64,000 nucleotides of DNA from an uncultured Holophagales bacterium (lineage in GTDB: Bacteria; Acidobacteriota; Thermoanaerobaculia; Multivoradales; UBA5704), in the NCBI GenBank assembly GCA_963842525.1, contig CAWJGT010000009.1, positions 416,001-480,000 on the forward strand, written 5' to 3'. Position 1 is the first letter of the stretch, and each line of letters begins with the position of its first letter. Position numbers and translations under genes: made by a program. Under the pieces are notes generated by a model. That model did not search any database. It saw nothing but the letters and a program-made list of their open reading frames with translations, and had not been told where the DNA came from. Of this stretch, positions 20,080 to 28,845 are shown piece by piece.

Positions 20080-20484
20080 ATGGCGGACGATCTGGCCCAG
20101 AGGCTGGCAAGGCTGCTCGAGACCTCCCTGCAGGACGCGGGGATCTCCCAGCGCCAGCTCGAGGAGCGTCTGGGGTGGGGCCCGGGGTCCGTGGGCCGGA
20201 TCCTCAAAGGGGAAGCGGAGTGCGAGCCCCGGCAGCTTCTCGAGATCCTCGGCGAGCTTGGCGAGGCGGAGAGATCCCGGCCGGGCCGGGCCGCCCGGAG
20301 GAAGGCGGGCACCACTTCCATGGCCGACGAGCTGCTGGAGAGGTCCAGGCTGCTCGGCTACCGCAGCCAGATTTCGCCGCCGGCGGAGATCCCGGAGCCG
20401 GCCGATCTGGAAGAGACGGTCCGCGCAGCGATCCGTCGAGCCTTTCCGGGTTTCCGGGAAGAGGAGGAGGATGAAAGCGGCTGA
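20080..20484 (+). CDS. XRE-like helix-turn-helix protein
   Basis: GISQRQLEERLGWGPGSVGRILKG. Paralog of 7764..8144. Confidence 0.8.
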   Translation: MADDLAQRLARLLETSLQDAGISQRQLEERLGWGPGSVGRILKGEAECEPRQLLEILGELGEAERSRPGRAARRKAGTTSMADELLERSRLLGYRSQISPPAEIPEPADLEETVRAAIRRAFPGFREEEEDESG

Positions 20485-20547
20485 TGGGCGCGCTGTTTGG
20501 CGATAAGCGCGCAGGCGCCGCCCAGGGGGGCGACGCCTGGTGGAGCA

Positions 20548-21676
20548 TCAGCGGGGGTTCGCGGCGAGGGAGTGTCTCGCCCGGTCGAGGAATCCTGCCA
20601 CCGCATGAAGCAGCTCGAGCTGCGTCTCCGCCTCGGTTTCGAAGGATTCCTTGAGCAGAAGCAACGCCGCCAGCGCCTCCCGGGCGATCCGGCGGGTACG
20701 GAACGTAGCCACCAGCTCTTCGACCAGGCAGCGGGTCTCGAAGGTCTTGCCCTGGCGCAGCCAAACTGCCGCCAGGTCGAGCGAGGCGAGCGCGGCGTGG
20801 TATTCCAAACCGGCTGTCTCAAGCTCGCGGCGCACGTGGGTGAACGCTTCCTCGGCGAGGTCGAGGCGCCCGAGCCCGGACTCGATCCTCCCCTCCAGCC
20901 AGCGCAGCTTGATGAGGTTCACGTGATCGCCTTCCGCGAAATAGACGCGGCGGCTGAGCCGCAGCAACCGCTGCGCCTGCCGGAACCGCCGGCAGTCCGC
21001 CAGGAAGCCGACCAGGTTGTGCACCGCCGAGAGGACCAGCTTCGGGTCGGCGGCCGGCTGGATCATCGCCAGCCCCGCACTGAGCAGAGTGACCGCCTGC
21101 TCGGCGTCGCTGCTGCAGCCGACGAAGACGCCCTTGCTGATGAGAGAGCGGCCGGCGTTGTGCCGATCGCCGTGGCTCTCGTAGATCTCGAAGACCGTGT
21201 CCAGCAATCCGAGCGCCTCGCTCATCCGGCGTTGGCCGCCGCGCAGGGACGCAGTGAGGTCCATGACGCGCGCGAGGAGCAGGGGGTCCCGCGTGCCGCG
21301 GGAAGCTCCACTCGACGGCGCTGCGCATGGCCCGCTCGGCGGACTCGTAGTCGTCGGCCACGCGGTAGGCGTTCGCCAGCTCCGCCAGGGCACGCGCCCG
21401 CAGATCGGCGGTCAGCTCGGGACCGTACTCCAGCGGATCGAGCTCCTCGGCCACCGAGACGGCCCTCTCGGCGAGGAGGACCATCCGCTCCGGAGCGTCA
21501 TAGCGGCAAGCCTGGCTGCGGGCGATCAGAGATTCGCACAGGCCCCACTTTTGGATCCCGCAACGATTCCAGGGGGAGGGCTCTCCGAGGCTGGACGGGA
21601 GCTGGGCCCCGGAGAGCTGCTCCGGGTGCAAGTCGTCGGGCATGAGATGGTCGCTCAAGGTCGCTACTCCTTGCAC
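20548..21676 (-). CDS. Divergent TPR-like receptor paralog R6, lacking the Zn motif, frameshift near 21300
   Basis: RYDAPERMVLLAE...DLRARALAELANAYRV continues in a second frame as GTRDPLLLARV...AVHNL...RWLEGRI...SLDLAAVW. Homologous to R1-R5. Confidence 0.75.
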
Positions 21677-21725
21677 AATTTCAGATGCAATTCATGTGCC
21701 TAATAAATTCTTGCTGACAAGGAAA

Positions 21726-22037
21726 TCAGCCGTTGGGGCAGCCGTTCGGGTCGATCACCCAGCCGGCCTCGCATCCGCCGCTGCTGGTCGTGCTGCTGCT
21801 GGTGCCGCCGCCGCTTCCCGGCGCGCTGTCAGCAGCGAACATGCCGGTCAAGCCGGCCCATCTCTCGGTCAGCCAGCTCCATGCCTGGCCGAAAAAGCCC
21901 GCCTCCGACTCGATGACAACAAGAGCCGGGCCACTGCCGGACTCCGAAAGAACGGTTGCATGAACGGTCCCAGCCAGAGAGAGAGCGATGGTAAAAGCTA
22001 CCGCGCTCAGTGTACGGAGGGTGATCTTCCTGCTCAT
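21726..22037 (-). CDS. Secreted IDPxG precursor peptide P7 (103 aa, divergent)
   Basis: GAGGAG RBS, signal ending VHA, FFGQAWSWL helix, Gly/Ser linker, C-terminus GCEAGWVIDPNGCPNG. Confidence 0.8.
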   Translation of the reverse strand: MSRKITLRTLSAVAFTIALSLAGTVHATVLSESGSGPALVVIESEAGFFGQAWSWLTERWAGLTGMFAADSAPGSGGGTSSSTTSSGGCEAGWVIDPNGCPNG

Positions 22038-22138
22038 CTCTGGGTCTCCTCGCCGTTGCTTGCGGCATCGGGCTGGGGCGTTTTCGCCTTTGCCCATTGG
22101 TCTCTGCGCCCCTGCAAAGGGCAGGCCAAACGGGGACT

Positions 22139-23062
22139 TCAGAAACGAGTACGGAAGAGCGTTCCCGCGGCATGGCTCATCAACAGCCGGAACACGGCGC
22201 TCCGCAGGCTGCTCTTCCCGCGCGGCAGGACGTCGATCTCGGGGTGCGGCTCGCCGAGGAGCACCTCGCGGGCGCGCAGCCGGCCGACCTCCATGGTCTG
22301 GAGGAGGACAGGCCACCGGCGCTCGGTGAAGGTGGCCGGCACGCAATGCCGCGGCCGGAGCACCACGGTGCGCTCGCGATAGGGCGAGGGGATGACGTGG
22401 TTGCAGTCCTGGGGGTTGCGGTAGAGGCCCCCTTCGCTCTCCCCCTTGTGGGTGATCAGGACGACGGCGTCGCACCCCTCCTCGAAGGCCTTCTCATAAG
22501 GAATGTTGTTGGTGAGGCTGCCGTCGCCGTAGCGTTCGCCGCCGATCCGCGGCGCATGGGTGTAGAAGGGCGGGAGATAGTTCGAAGCGAGCAGCAGCAG
22601 GAATGGATCCTCGACCGTCCGCGCCTCGAACACGACCGCTTGCCGGTCCCGCAGCCGGGTGACCCCGACGAAGAGCGGCAGGGCCTCCGGGCGGCACAGG
22701 CGGTCCTCTCCCACGTAGCGGGCGAAGGTGCGGCGGTGCATCTCGGCGAAGCGGAACGGCGAATGCTCGCGCAGCAGGTTGCCCGGGTCCAGGTGGGGCA
22801 TGCGCACGAAGGCGCGCCAGTAGTGGCGGATCCGGTGGAAGCTTCCCGCCGCCAGGGCCGCGCCGTTCCAGGCCCCACCGGAGACCGCCACGCAGAGCGC
22901 CGGCCGGACCCCCAGCTCCAGGAGCGTCTCGATGGCCCCGATCTGGACGGCGCACCGGGCCGAGCCGCCGGAGAGGACGAGGCCCACCTTCCGCGCGGAG
23001 CGGAGGATCGCGAGGGCCTCGCCTTCCGTACTGGTCTCAAGATCCGTCGTCGACACCGTCAT
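22139..23062 (-). CDS. Patatin-like phospholipase
   Basis: LVLSGGSAR oxyanion loop, AVSGGA nucleophile elbow, YGDGSL motif. Confidence 0.8.
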   Translation of the reverse strand: MTVSTTDLETSTEGEALAILRSARKVGLVLSGGSARCAVQIGAIETLLELGVRPALCVAVSGGAWNGAALAAGSFHRIRHYWRAFVRMPHLDPGNLLREHSPFRFAEMHRRTFARYVGEDRLCRPEALPLFVGVTRLRDRQAVVFEARTVEDPFLLLLASNYLPPFYTHAPRIGGERYGDGSLTNNIPYEKAFEEGCDAVVLITHKGESEGGLYRNPQDCNHVIPSPYRERTVVLRPRHCVPATFTERRWPVLLQTMEVGRLRAREVLLGEPHPEIDVLPRGKSSLRSAVFRLLMSHAAGTLFRTRF

Positions 23063-23115
23063 CGCCTCTCCAGAATTCTACGGCGTTCTGGGCCGCGGGT
23101 TCTTGTGCGGGGCTG

Positions 23116-23161
23116 AAAAAAAAGAAGCCCGCGCGCCCCCGGGTACAAGGGCGGGCGGGCT
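23116..23161 (-). terminator. Rho-independent terminator (minus strand)
   Basis: GC-rich stem gcccgcccgccc...gggcgcgcgggc followed by ttc and a run of T on the minus strand. Confidence 0.65.
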
Positions 23162-23262
23162 GGAGGGATGGGAGAAAGGGTCGGGTGCGTCTTTCCTTGG
23201 GGGGCTCCCGCGGAGTCGGCCTCGGGGAACGCGCAAGGCGCTGCTTGGAGCCCTCTCTAATA
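23116..23262 (-). ncRNA. Candidate small RNA or attenuated leader
   Basis: Bounded by the shared promoter motif (23268-23294) and a terminator. No convincing ORF. C/U-rich anti-SD-like stretch. Confidence 0.35.
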
Positions 23263-23267
23263 GAGAC

Positions 23268-23294
23268 GGTGCTTCTCGAAGGGAAAGCGTGACA
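23268..23294 (-). promoter_or_regulatory. Shared bipartite promoter-like motif (N16 variant)
   Basis: TGTCAC-gcttt-N11-GCACC. Confidence 0.5.
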
Positions 23295-23456
23295 CCTTTT
23301 GAATTTCACGATGTCCTCCGTCCCTCGATCAGTGCCGCGACGAGTGCCACGACCGGTCTCCGGAGGTGTCCCGATTGGCATCGGCGCACGTTCTCATTCC
23401 CCGTGGACGGGAGTAGAATGCAGGACCGAGAAAGAGCCTCCAGGGAGGGAGCGCCG

Positions 23457-23729
23457 ATGATCACCCAGGACAAGCGGTCTTCCGAGGGCCGTGTCGAGGA
23501 TCTGCTCCGGCAGGTTGCGACGATCCAGGACGGCGCGGCGGGCAAACCCGTCGCGAGCTTCGAGCTGTGGGTGCCGGAGCGCCTCACGCTGCAGGGGCGT
23601 CGCATCCCCCAGGACGTGGCGCTGGTCGTCCTGCTGGACGCGGCCCTGGAGAAGAAGTTCGAGCCCGCCGGCTTCACCGAGGAGCCGGGAGGCCGGGTCT
23701 ACCGTTACGAGCGCTCCCTCGACGCATAG
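23457..23729 (+). CDS. Hypothetical protein (90 aa)
   Basis: GGAGGGAG RBS, ATG start, GC-rich codon usage. Confidence 0.55.
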   Translation: MITQDKRSSEGRVEDLLRQVATIQDGAAGKPVASFELWVPERLTLQGRRIPQDVALVVLLDAALEKKFEPAGFTEEPGGRVYRYERSLDA

Positions 23730-23862
23730 CCTTCAGGGTCCCGCCTCTCTCTGTTGGAGACCGCGAGCAGCTTCTCGATCGACTCGCGCTCCCGAAGTTA
23801 CGGGGAGAGAAAAGTCCTCGCCTGTCTATGGTGATCGACAGGCGAGGAGTCGCGTCCTGCCG

Positions 23863-23889
23863 TGTCCCGCCTCGCCGCAGGAAAGCACC
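23863..23889 (+). promoter_or_regulatory. Shared bipartite promoter-like motif (N16 variant)
   Basis: TGTCCC-N16-GCACC, 37 nt above the ATG at 23926. Confidence 0.5.
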
Positions 23890-23925
23890 TGTTCTTTTGA
23901 AGGTGCTGACAGAGGAGGTCTCTCC

Positions 23926-24833
23926 ATGGCGCGAAAGCTCACGTTCCGGCAGCTCGTGCTGTCCATCCTGGCACTCGTCGCCGGGCTGGGCCACAAGGAG
24001 ATCGGCGCCCGCCTGGGCCTGCGGCGGGAAAGTGTCGCGGATTATCTCGGCCGGAAGAGGAATACGGAGCTGGACGACACGGTCTATGAACGGCTGCTGT
24101 CGGCCTTCCGGCGCGGGCGGGCGGCGGCCTCTATCACGGCGGCGTTCCTGGAGGCCCTGGAGGCCCTCGACCGCGACAGCGATCTGACCGAGGAGGAGCT
24201 GGCCGCGATCGAGCAGGAGGTGCTGGCCGGCTCGCGCATCCTGCGGAAGCTCCTGGCGCGGTGCGCCGAAGGTCCCGCGAGGCCGGCTTCGAGGAGGGCT
24301 ATCCGAACGCCTTCGAAGCTCGCCTCTGCCGCCGGCGGGCGGAGGAGCAGCTTGCGGCGCTCTGCTTTGGCTGTGAGTTTCTGCCACGTCTGCCGGTATG
24401 CCGAGGCCGCAGATTTGGTAGAACAAACACGCCGGCTAGCTGCCGACTTGGGAGACAAGATCGACATGATCCGGCTGCACTGGCTTGAAGGGCGCATCCT
24501 GGCCGGGCGGGGCCGCCGCGAAGAGGCCCTCCGCCTGCTGGCCGAAGCGCGGGAGAGCTTCGCGGCCGAGCAGATGTTCTATGACGTGACCCTGGCCCTG
24601 CTCGAAGAGGGCGCGCTGCTCCTCGACGAGAACCGGACCCAGAGGTCAAGGCGCTCACCCGGGAGTTGCCGAAGATCTTCGAGTCCAAGGGCGTCCACCG
24701 TGAGGCCCTGGCCGCCCTGCGGATCTTCCAGGAAGCGGCGGAGCGGGAAGCGGCGACCGCCGAGCTCGCCCGCCGCGTCCTGCGTTTCCTCTTCCGGGCG
24801 CGATACGACCAGGGCCTGCGGTTCGAGTCATGA
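23926..24833 (+). pseudogene. HTH-TPR fusion related to R1-R6, frameshifted and apparently internally deleted
   Basis: N-terminal GLGHKEIGARLGLRRESVADYL (HTH). C-terminal IRLHWLEGRI...ALLEEG...GVHREALAAL matches the receptor C-terminus. Frame changes near 24265, 24360 and 24640. Confidence 0.65.
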
Positions 24834-24852
24834 ACCCGAGGGCCGCTGGCTG

Positions 24853-25068
24853 ATGGAGGCCCTGCGCGCCGGCAACGTCATCGCGGATCTGGTGCGCACC
24901 GGCATCCGCGAGCACTATGGCGCCGGCAGCGAGAAGCTGGTCGAGTTCGGCATCGAGCCGTTCCGCAGCAGGAAGCGGAAGCCCGCGCCGGCGCCGACCA
25001 AGCCCGAGCCGGAACCCGAGCCGGTCGAATCGCTGAGCCCGACCTCCACCCCTGACACCGTGAAGTAG
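24853..25068 (+). CDS. Small hypothetical protein, probably a C-terminal remnant
   Basis: HYGAGSEKLVEFGIEPFRSRKRK with a Pro/Glu tail, followed by a terminator-like hairpin. Confidence 0.4.
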   Translation: MEALRAGNVIADLVRTGIREHYGAGSEKLVEFGIEPFRSRKRKPAPAPTKPEPEPEPVESLSPTSTPDTVK

Positions 25069-25077
25069 CTCCTCTCC

Positions 25078-25112
25078 GGAGGGGGCAACTGCCATCCGCC
25101 CCCTCCCCTTTT
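25078..25112 (+). terminator. Terminator-like hairpin
   Basis: ggagggggc...gccccctcc followed by cctttt. Confidence 0.5.
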
Positions 25113-25129
25113 CCCTCCCGAGTCGCCGG

Positions 25130-25390
25130 GACATCGATTTCGCGCGACGCGGAACGCATCCGAGATGAGAGGGATCGATCTCAGGTGACGCGGAACGCCT
25201 GCCAAAAAATCTGGATCGATACAGAAAATTTGGCAGGCGTTCCAGTTTAAGTGGAACCGATAACACGTGACTCTGGACGCGTTCCAAAAAACCTCGATCG
25301 ATCCCGTGTGACACGGAAGACATCGGGACGAAGTGGAACCGGTATCGCCTGACGTGCAAGCGATATCAGGTGACTGTGGATGCGTTCCAG
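25130..25390. repeat. Degenerate non-coding array with 20-21 nt period (about 13 units)
   Basis: GGA....TCC-like cores at about 25151, 25172, 25192, 25213, 25233, 25253, 25275, 25295, 25315, 25335, 25356, 25378. Confidence 0.55.
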
Positions 25391-25504
25391 GAGCGGACGG
25401 CTCGTCGCCAGGCCCTGGAAGGCGCTTGCAGGTGTCCTGGCACGACAGGAATCGCCCGAGGCTCCGGAGTGTTTCCTGAGAAGGGAACAGGAGGACCGAC
25501 CGAC

Positions 25505-25726
25505 ATGAGTTGCCATACCCCAGGATGCGCCGGCGAGCACGCGGCCGGGACCATCAGTCATTCGGTGCTCTACCAGGAGAGGACGATCGTCCTCCGCAAC
25601 GTGCCCGCCTCGATCTGCCCGGACTGCGGTGACGCGGTCCTCTCCGACGAGACCCTGATCGTCGTCGAAGGCCTGCTGCGGCGGAAGACCCGCGCCAAGG
25701 GGACGGACTTCGCCTACGAGGCGTGA
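25505..25726 (+). CDS. YgiT-type zinc-finger protein (MqsA N-domain-like)
   Basis: CHTPGC...IVLRNVPASICPDCGD. GGAGG RBS. Confidence 0.8.
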   Translation: MSCHTPGCAGEHAAGTISHSVLYQERTIVLRNVPASICPDCGDAVLSDETLIVVEGLLRRKTRAKGTDFAYEA

Positions 25727-25737
25727 GGCGATCGCTG

Positions 25738-26046
25738 TCAGTGCTCGGTCCGCCCGTAGGCGATCTGCGCCAGCGGGCCGTTGACATCGAGCTTCCGGGC
25801 TCGGAAGCTGTCGATCCCGAACGACCGCAGGCGCTCCGTCTGCAGCGCGAGATAGGCGTCCAGCGAGGGCTCGTCCCCGAAGAGGTAGATCCCGCCCTCC
25901 TCGCTTGTCGCGGTGTTCTCCGTCCAGATTTTCCAGATCAGCCCGGGCGTCCGTGCGACGTCCTGCGCCGGCTCGAAGCACGTTTTCGTCATCTCATGGC
26001 CCTCGGGGGCCGGAAAGTCGATTTGCAGGAGCTTCATGGTACTCAT
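25738..26046 (-). CDS. ydhR: YdhR-family putative monooxygenase
   Basis: LLQIDF...PGLIWKIWTEN...GGIYLF. Confidence 0.85.
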   Translation of the reverse strand: MSTMKLLQIDFPAPEGHEMTKTCFEPAQDVARTPGLIWKIWTENTATSEEGGIYLFGDEPSLDAYLALQTERLRSFGIDSFRARKLDVNGPLAQIAYGRTEH

Positions 26047-26132
26047 GGCACACAGCCTCCTTCGCCATCGAGGGAGGAACGAATCCGCGGACCCGATCCC
26101 CTCTCGATGAGACGGAGGAATGTCCCGTTTTC

Positions 26133-28777
26133 CTACGGCGCGCTGGGGCCGAGGACGACGGCGTTCAGGAAGAGGCGGTCCGAGCCTCGCCAGTAGCCGC
26201 GGAAGCTCGGGTCTTCGGCGAAGGCGATCACCCGGCCGCGGCCGACCCGCTCTTCATAGAGGAAGACGGCGCCCGGCAGCCGCTCCTGGGTCTCCGGCCA
26301 GATGTGGCCGGACAGCCGCAGCCGGTCGCCGGGCGCGTAGCGGGCCGCCACCCGCCGGTCGTTCTCCGCCGGTCCCTTCGGAGCAAGGTAGATCCGCGAC
26401 GAGTCGGCCAGCACCGGCAGCTCGGGGCCGGAGCCCGCGGTCAGCCAGGTCTCGGGATCGAGGACCGTGCGCAGGATGGACCCCGGGACGTCGATGCGCT
26501 GGGGTTCTTCGCCCTCGTCGCTCTCCTTTTTCCCCTTTTTCTGCTCGTCGTACCAGGACCGCAGGGCGGTCAGCTTCAGCTTCTCGCGGACGAAGTCCAC
26601 GGCGCCTCCGATGGCCACCAGGGTGCCGCCGTCGCGCACCCAGCGCTCCAGGCGCTGCACGCCCGCTTCGCCGAGCTCCCGGGCGAGCGCGTCGGGCGAG
26701 CCGAGGTCGGGCACGACGATCGTGTCGAAACGGTGGATCGGCGTATCGGCCACCGAGCGGACGCGGCGCACGGTGATCGGGATCTCGTACTGGCGGTCGA
26801 GGACGTACCAGCTCCAGCCGAACGAATAGCCCTGGAGAGGAGCGCCGCCGAGGAGGGCGATCTCCGGCTTGCGGAATGCCATCACGTCGCCCGAGCCCAG
26901 GGAAGGGAAATCCACCTCGGAATGGCCCGAGTCCACGCCGGCCACCCGCAGACGGTAGCGGCGCGCCTGCTCCCGCAAGGCGTCGTGGACCCCTTCGCCG
27001 TTGATCCCGACGCGCACGATGATGGTGCCGCGGGCGAAGTCCCGGCCGCCGATCCGCGTGGGCCGGAGGATGACCGAGGCCCGATAGCCCTGCGCCCGGA
27101 GCTGGTAGAGCGCGGCCACGCCCGCCGCCTGCCGGCCGTCGATGAGATAGGCATACCGTGGGCGCTGTGCCGGCATCTCGAAACCCCCACCGGCCGTCGC
27201 GCATCCGCCGCCTTCAGGGGGAGGCTCTTGCGGTCCGTGGTGCTGTAGCCGCCCACGTCGAAGAGCAAGGGGAGCGACCAGGCGGTGATGTCGTAGAACT
27301 CGGGGTTGCGGTCGGCGAGGACGCGCTCGCGCGCCTTTTTGAGGAAGGCTTCGGGCAGCGGCAGATCGGGCTCCAGGAGGGCGCGCACCAGGGGGCCGCG
27401 GGGCTGGGCGGTCTCGACCACCCAGGTGCCGGCCGGGAAACGGCGGCTTCCCACGCTGTGCCCTTCGCGGTCGCGCACACCGGAGAAGGTCACGTCCTCG
27501 GCCAGGGCCCGGACCTCGATGCCGTTGCGCCGCAGCAGGTCCGCCAGCTCGGCGACCAGCGCCGGATCGCCCGAGCCCGGATCGACCGCGATCAGGTAGC
27601 GGGCGATGCCGTTTTTCCCGCTGTCGATCGACTCGCGGAGCCCCTGGTGGTACTCCCGGAGCAGGCGCTCGCGCTCGGTCGACGCCAGGCGCACGGCCGT
27701 CCAGGCCGCCGTGTACTGCTGCTCCAGGGCGTCGGACAGGCGGCGCACGGTGTCGTCCGGCCGCTCGAGGGCGAGGCCGCGGGTGGAGCCCTGCTCGAAG
27801 AGCATGCCCACGCCGCCCTGATAGCTGCTGTACGACGTGGTGTAGCCCGGATAGAAATAGTTGTAGCGCTCGCGGGTCATGTATTCGAACCCGGCGGCGT
27901 CGAAAGCGCCGGCATAGGCCCGACCGAAGTGGTCGAACCAGCGGCGGGCGAAGGGAGGGAAGTGCGGGCCATACGGCTCCGCCGCGGGGTCGAAGTAGAA
28001 CTCGGCGTCCGCCCCCTGCTCGTGGGCGTCGATCATCACCTGCGGGTGCCAGGCCTGGAAGGTGCCGACCCGGTTGCGCGTCTCGCGCTGGGTGTGGGCG
28101 AACCAGTCGCGGTTCGTATCGAAAAAGTAGTGGCCGGTGCGGAAAGAGACCGCTTCCCAGCCGTTGAAATCGTTCGACCAGTCGTCCCGCGCGGCGCTTG
28201 GCTCGCGGCCGATGGAATCATGGTTGGAAGAGACGAAGGCGTCGCGCCCGTCGGGGTTGAGCATCGGATCGATGAGCACAACCGTGTTGCGCAGTGCCTC
28301 CAGGGTCTCCGGGTCGTCGCGGGTCGTCAGGTGCTCCAGGAGCTTCAGGAGGCCCTCGCTGCCGGACAGCTCGAAACCGTGGATCGACCCGCCCATCCAG
28401 ACAATGGCCGGCTGCCGCTTCGCGATCGCCGACGCCTCGTCGGGAGAGGTGCGGCGCGGATCGGCCAGCCGCTGGGCGTCGGCCCGGATCTCCTCCAGGC
28501 GCGCATGGTTTTCCGGCGAGGTCACAATGGCCAGCGGCAACTGCCGTTCCTCCCACGACCTGCCCTGGTCGATCACCTTCACCCGGTCCGACGTGGCGGC
28601 AAGCCGTTCCAGGTAGCGGACCATCGCGGCATGGCTGGTGATCCGCTCCCCGAAGCCGTGGCCCGAGACCTCGCGAAAGGTCGGGACCTTGCCGTCCGCC
28701 GCGGACAGGCGGACCGGCAGCAGGGAGAGGGACAACAGGACGAGGACAAGGACGGCAGACCTGGGACGCTCCGGCAT
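26133..28777 (-). CDS. Secreted M14-family zinc carboxypeptidase, frameshift near 27185
   Basis: Signal peptide, SIHGFE..G.E, NPDGRD, NRDW, D.HEQG. C-terminus ..FRGYW...RLFLNAV lies in a second frame. Confidence 0.85.
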
Positions 28778-28845
28778 CGCGGCCTCCTGGAAGAACGGTC
28801 GATCGGGCGGGATTGTAGCCTGGGAATGCCGGGTCGCAGAGTAAA

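Noticed and set aside
11064-22037. Classical RiPP cluster (lasso, lanthi, grasp or rSAM peptides)
   Set aside because: There is no recognisable modifying enzyme or RRE in the array, and the precursors have Sec-type signal peptides. Enzymes acting in trans cannot be excluded.
23366-23390. Additional TGTCCC promoter motif copy
   Set aside because: The GCAC box is only 13 nt away, inconsistent with the 16-17 nt spacing
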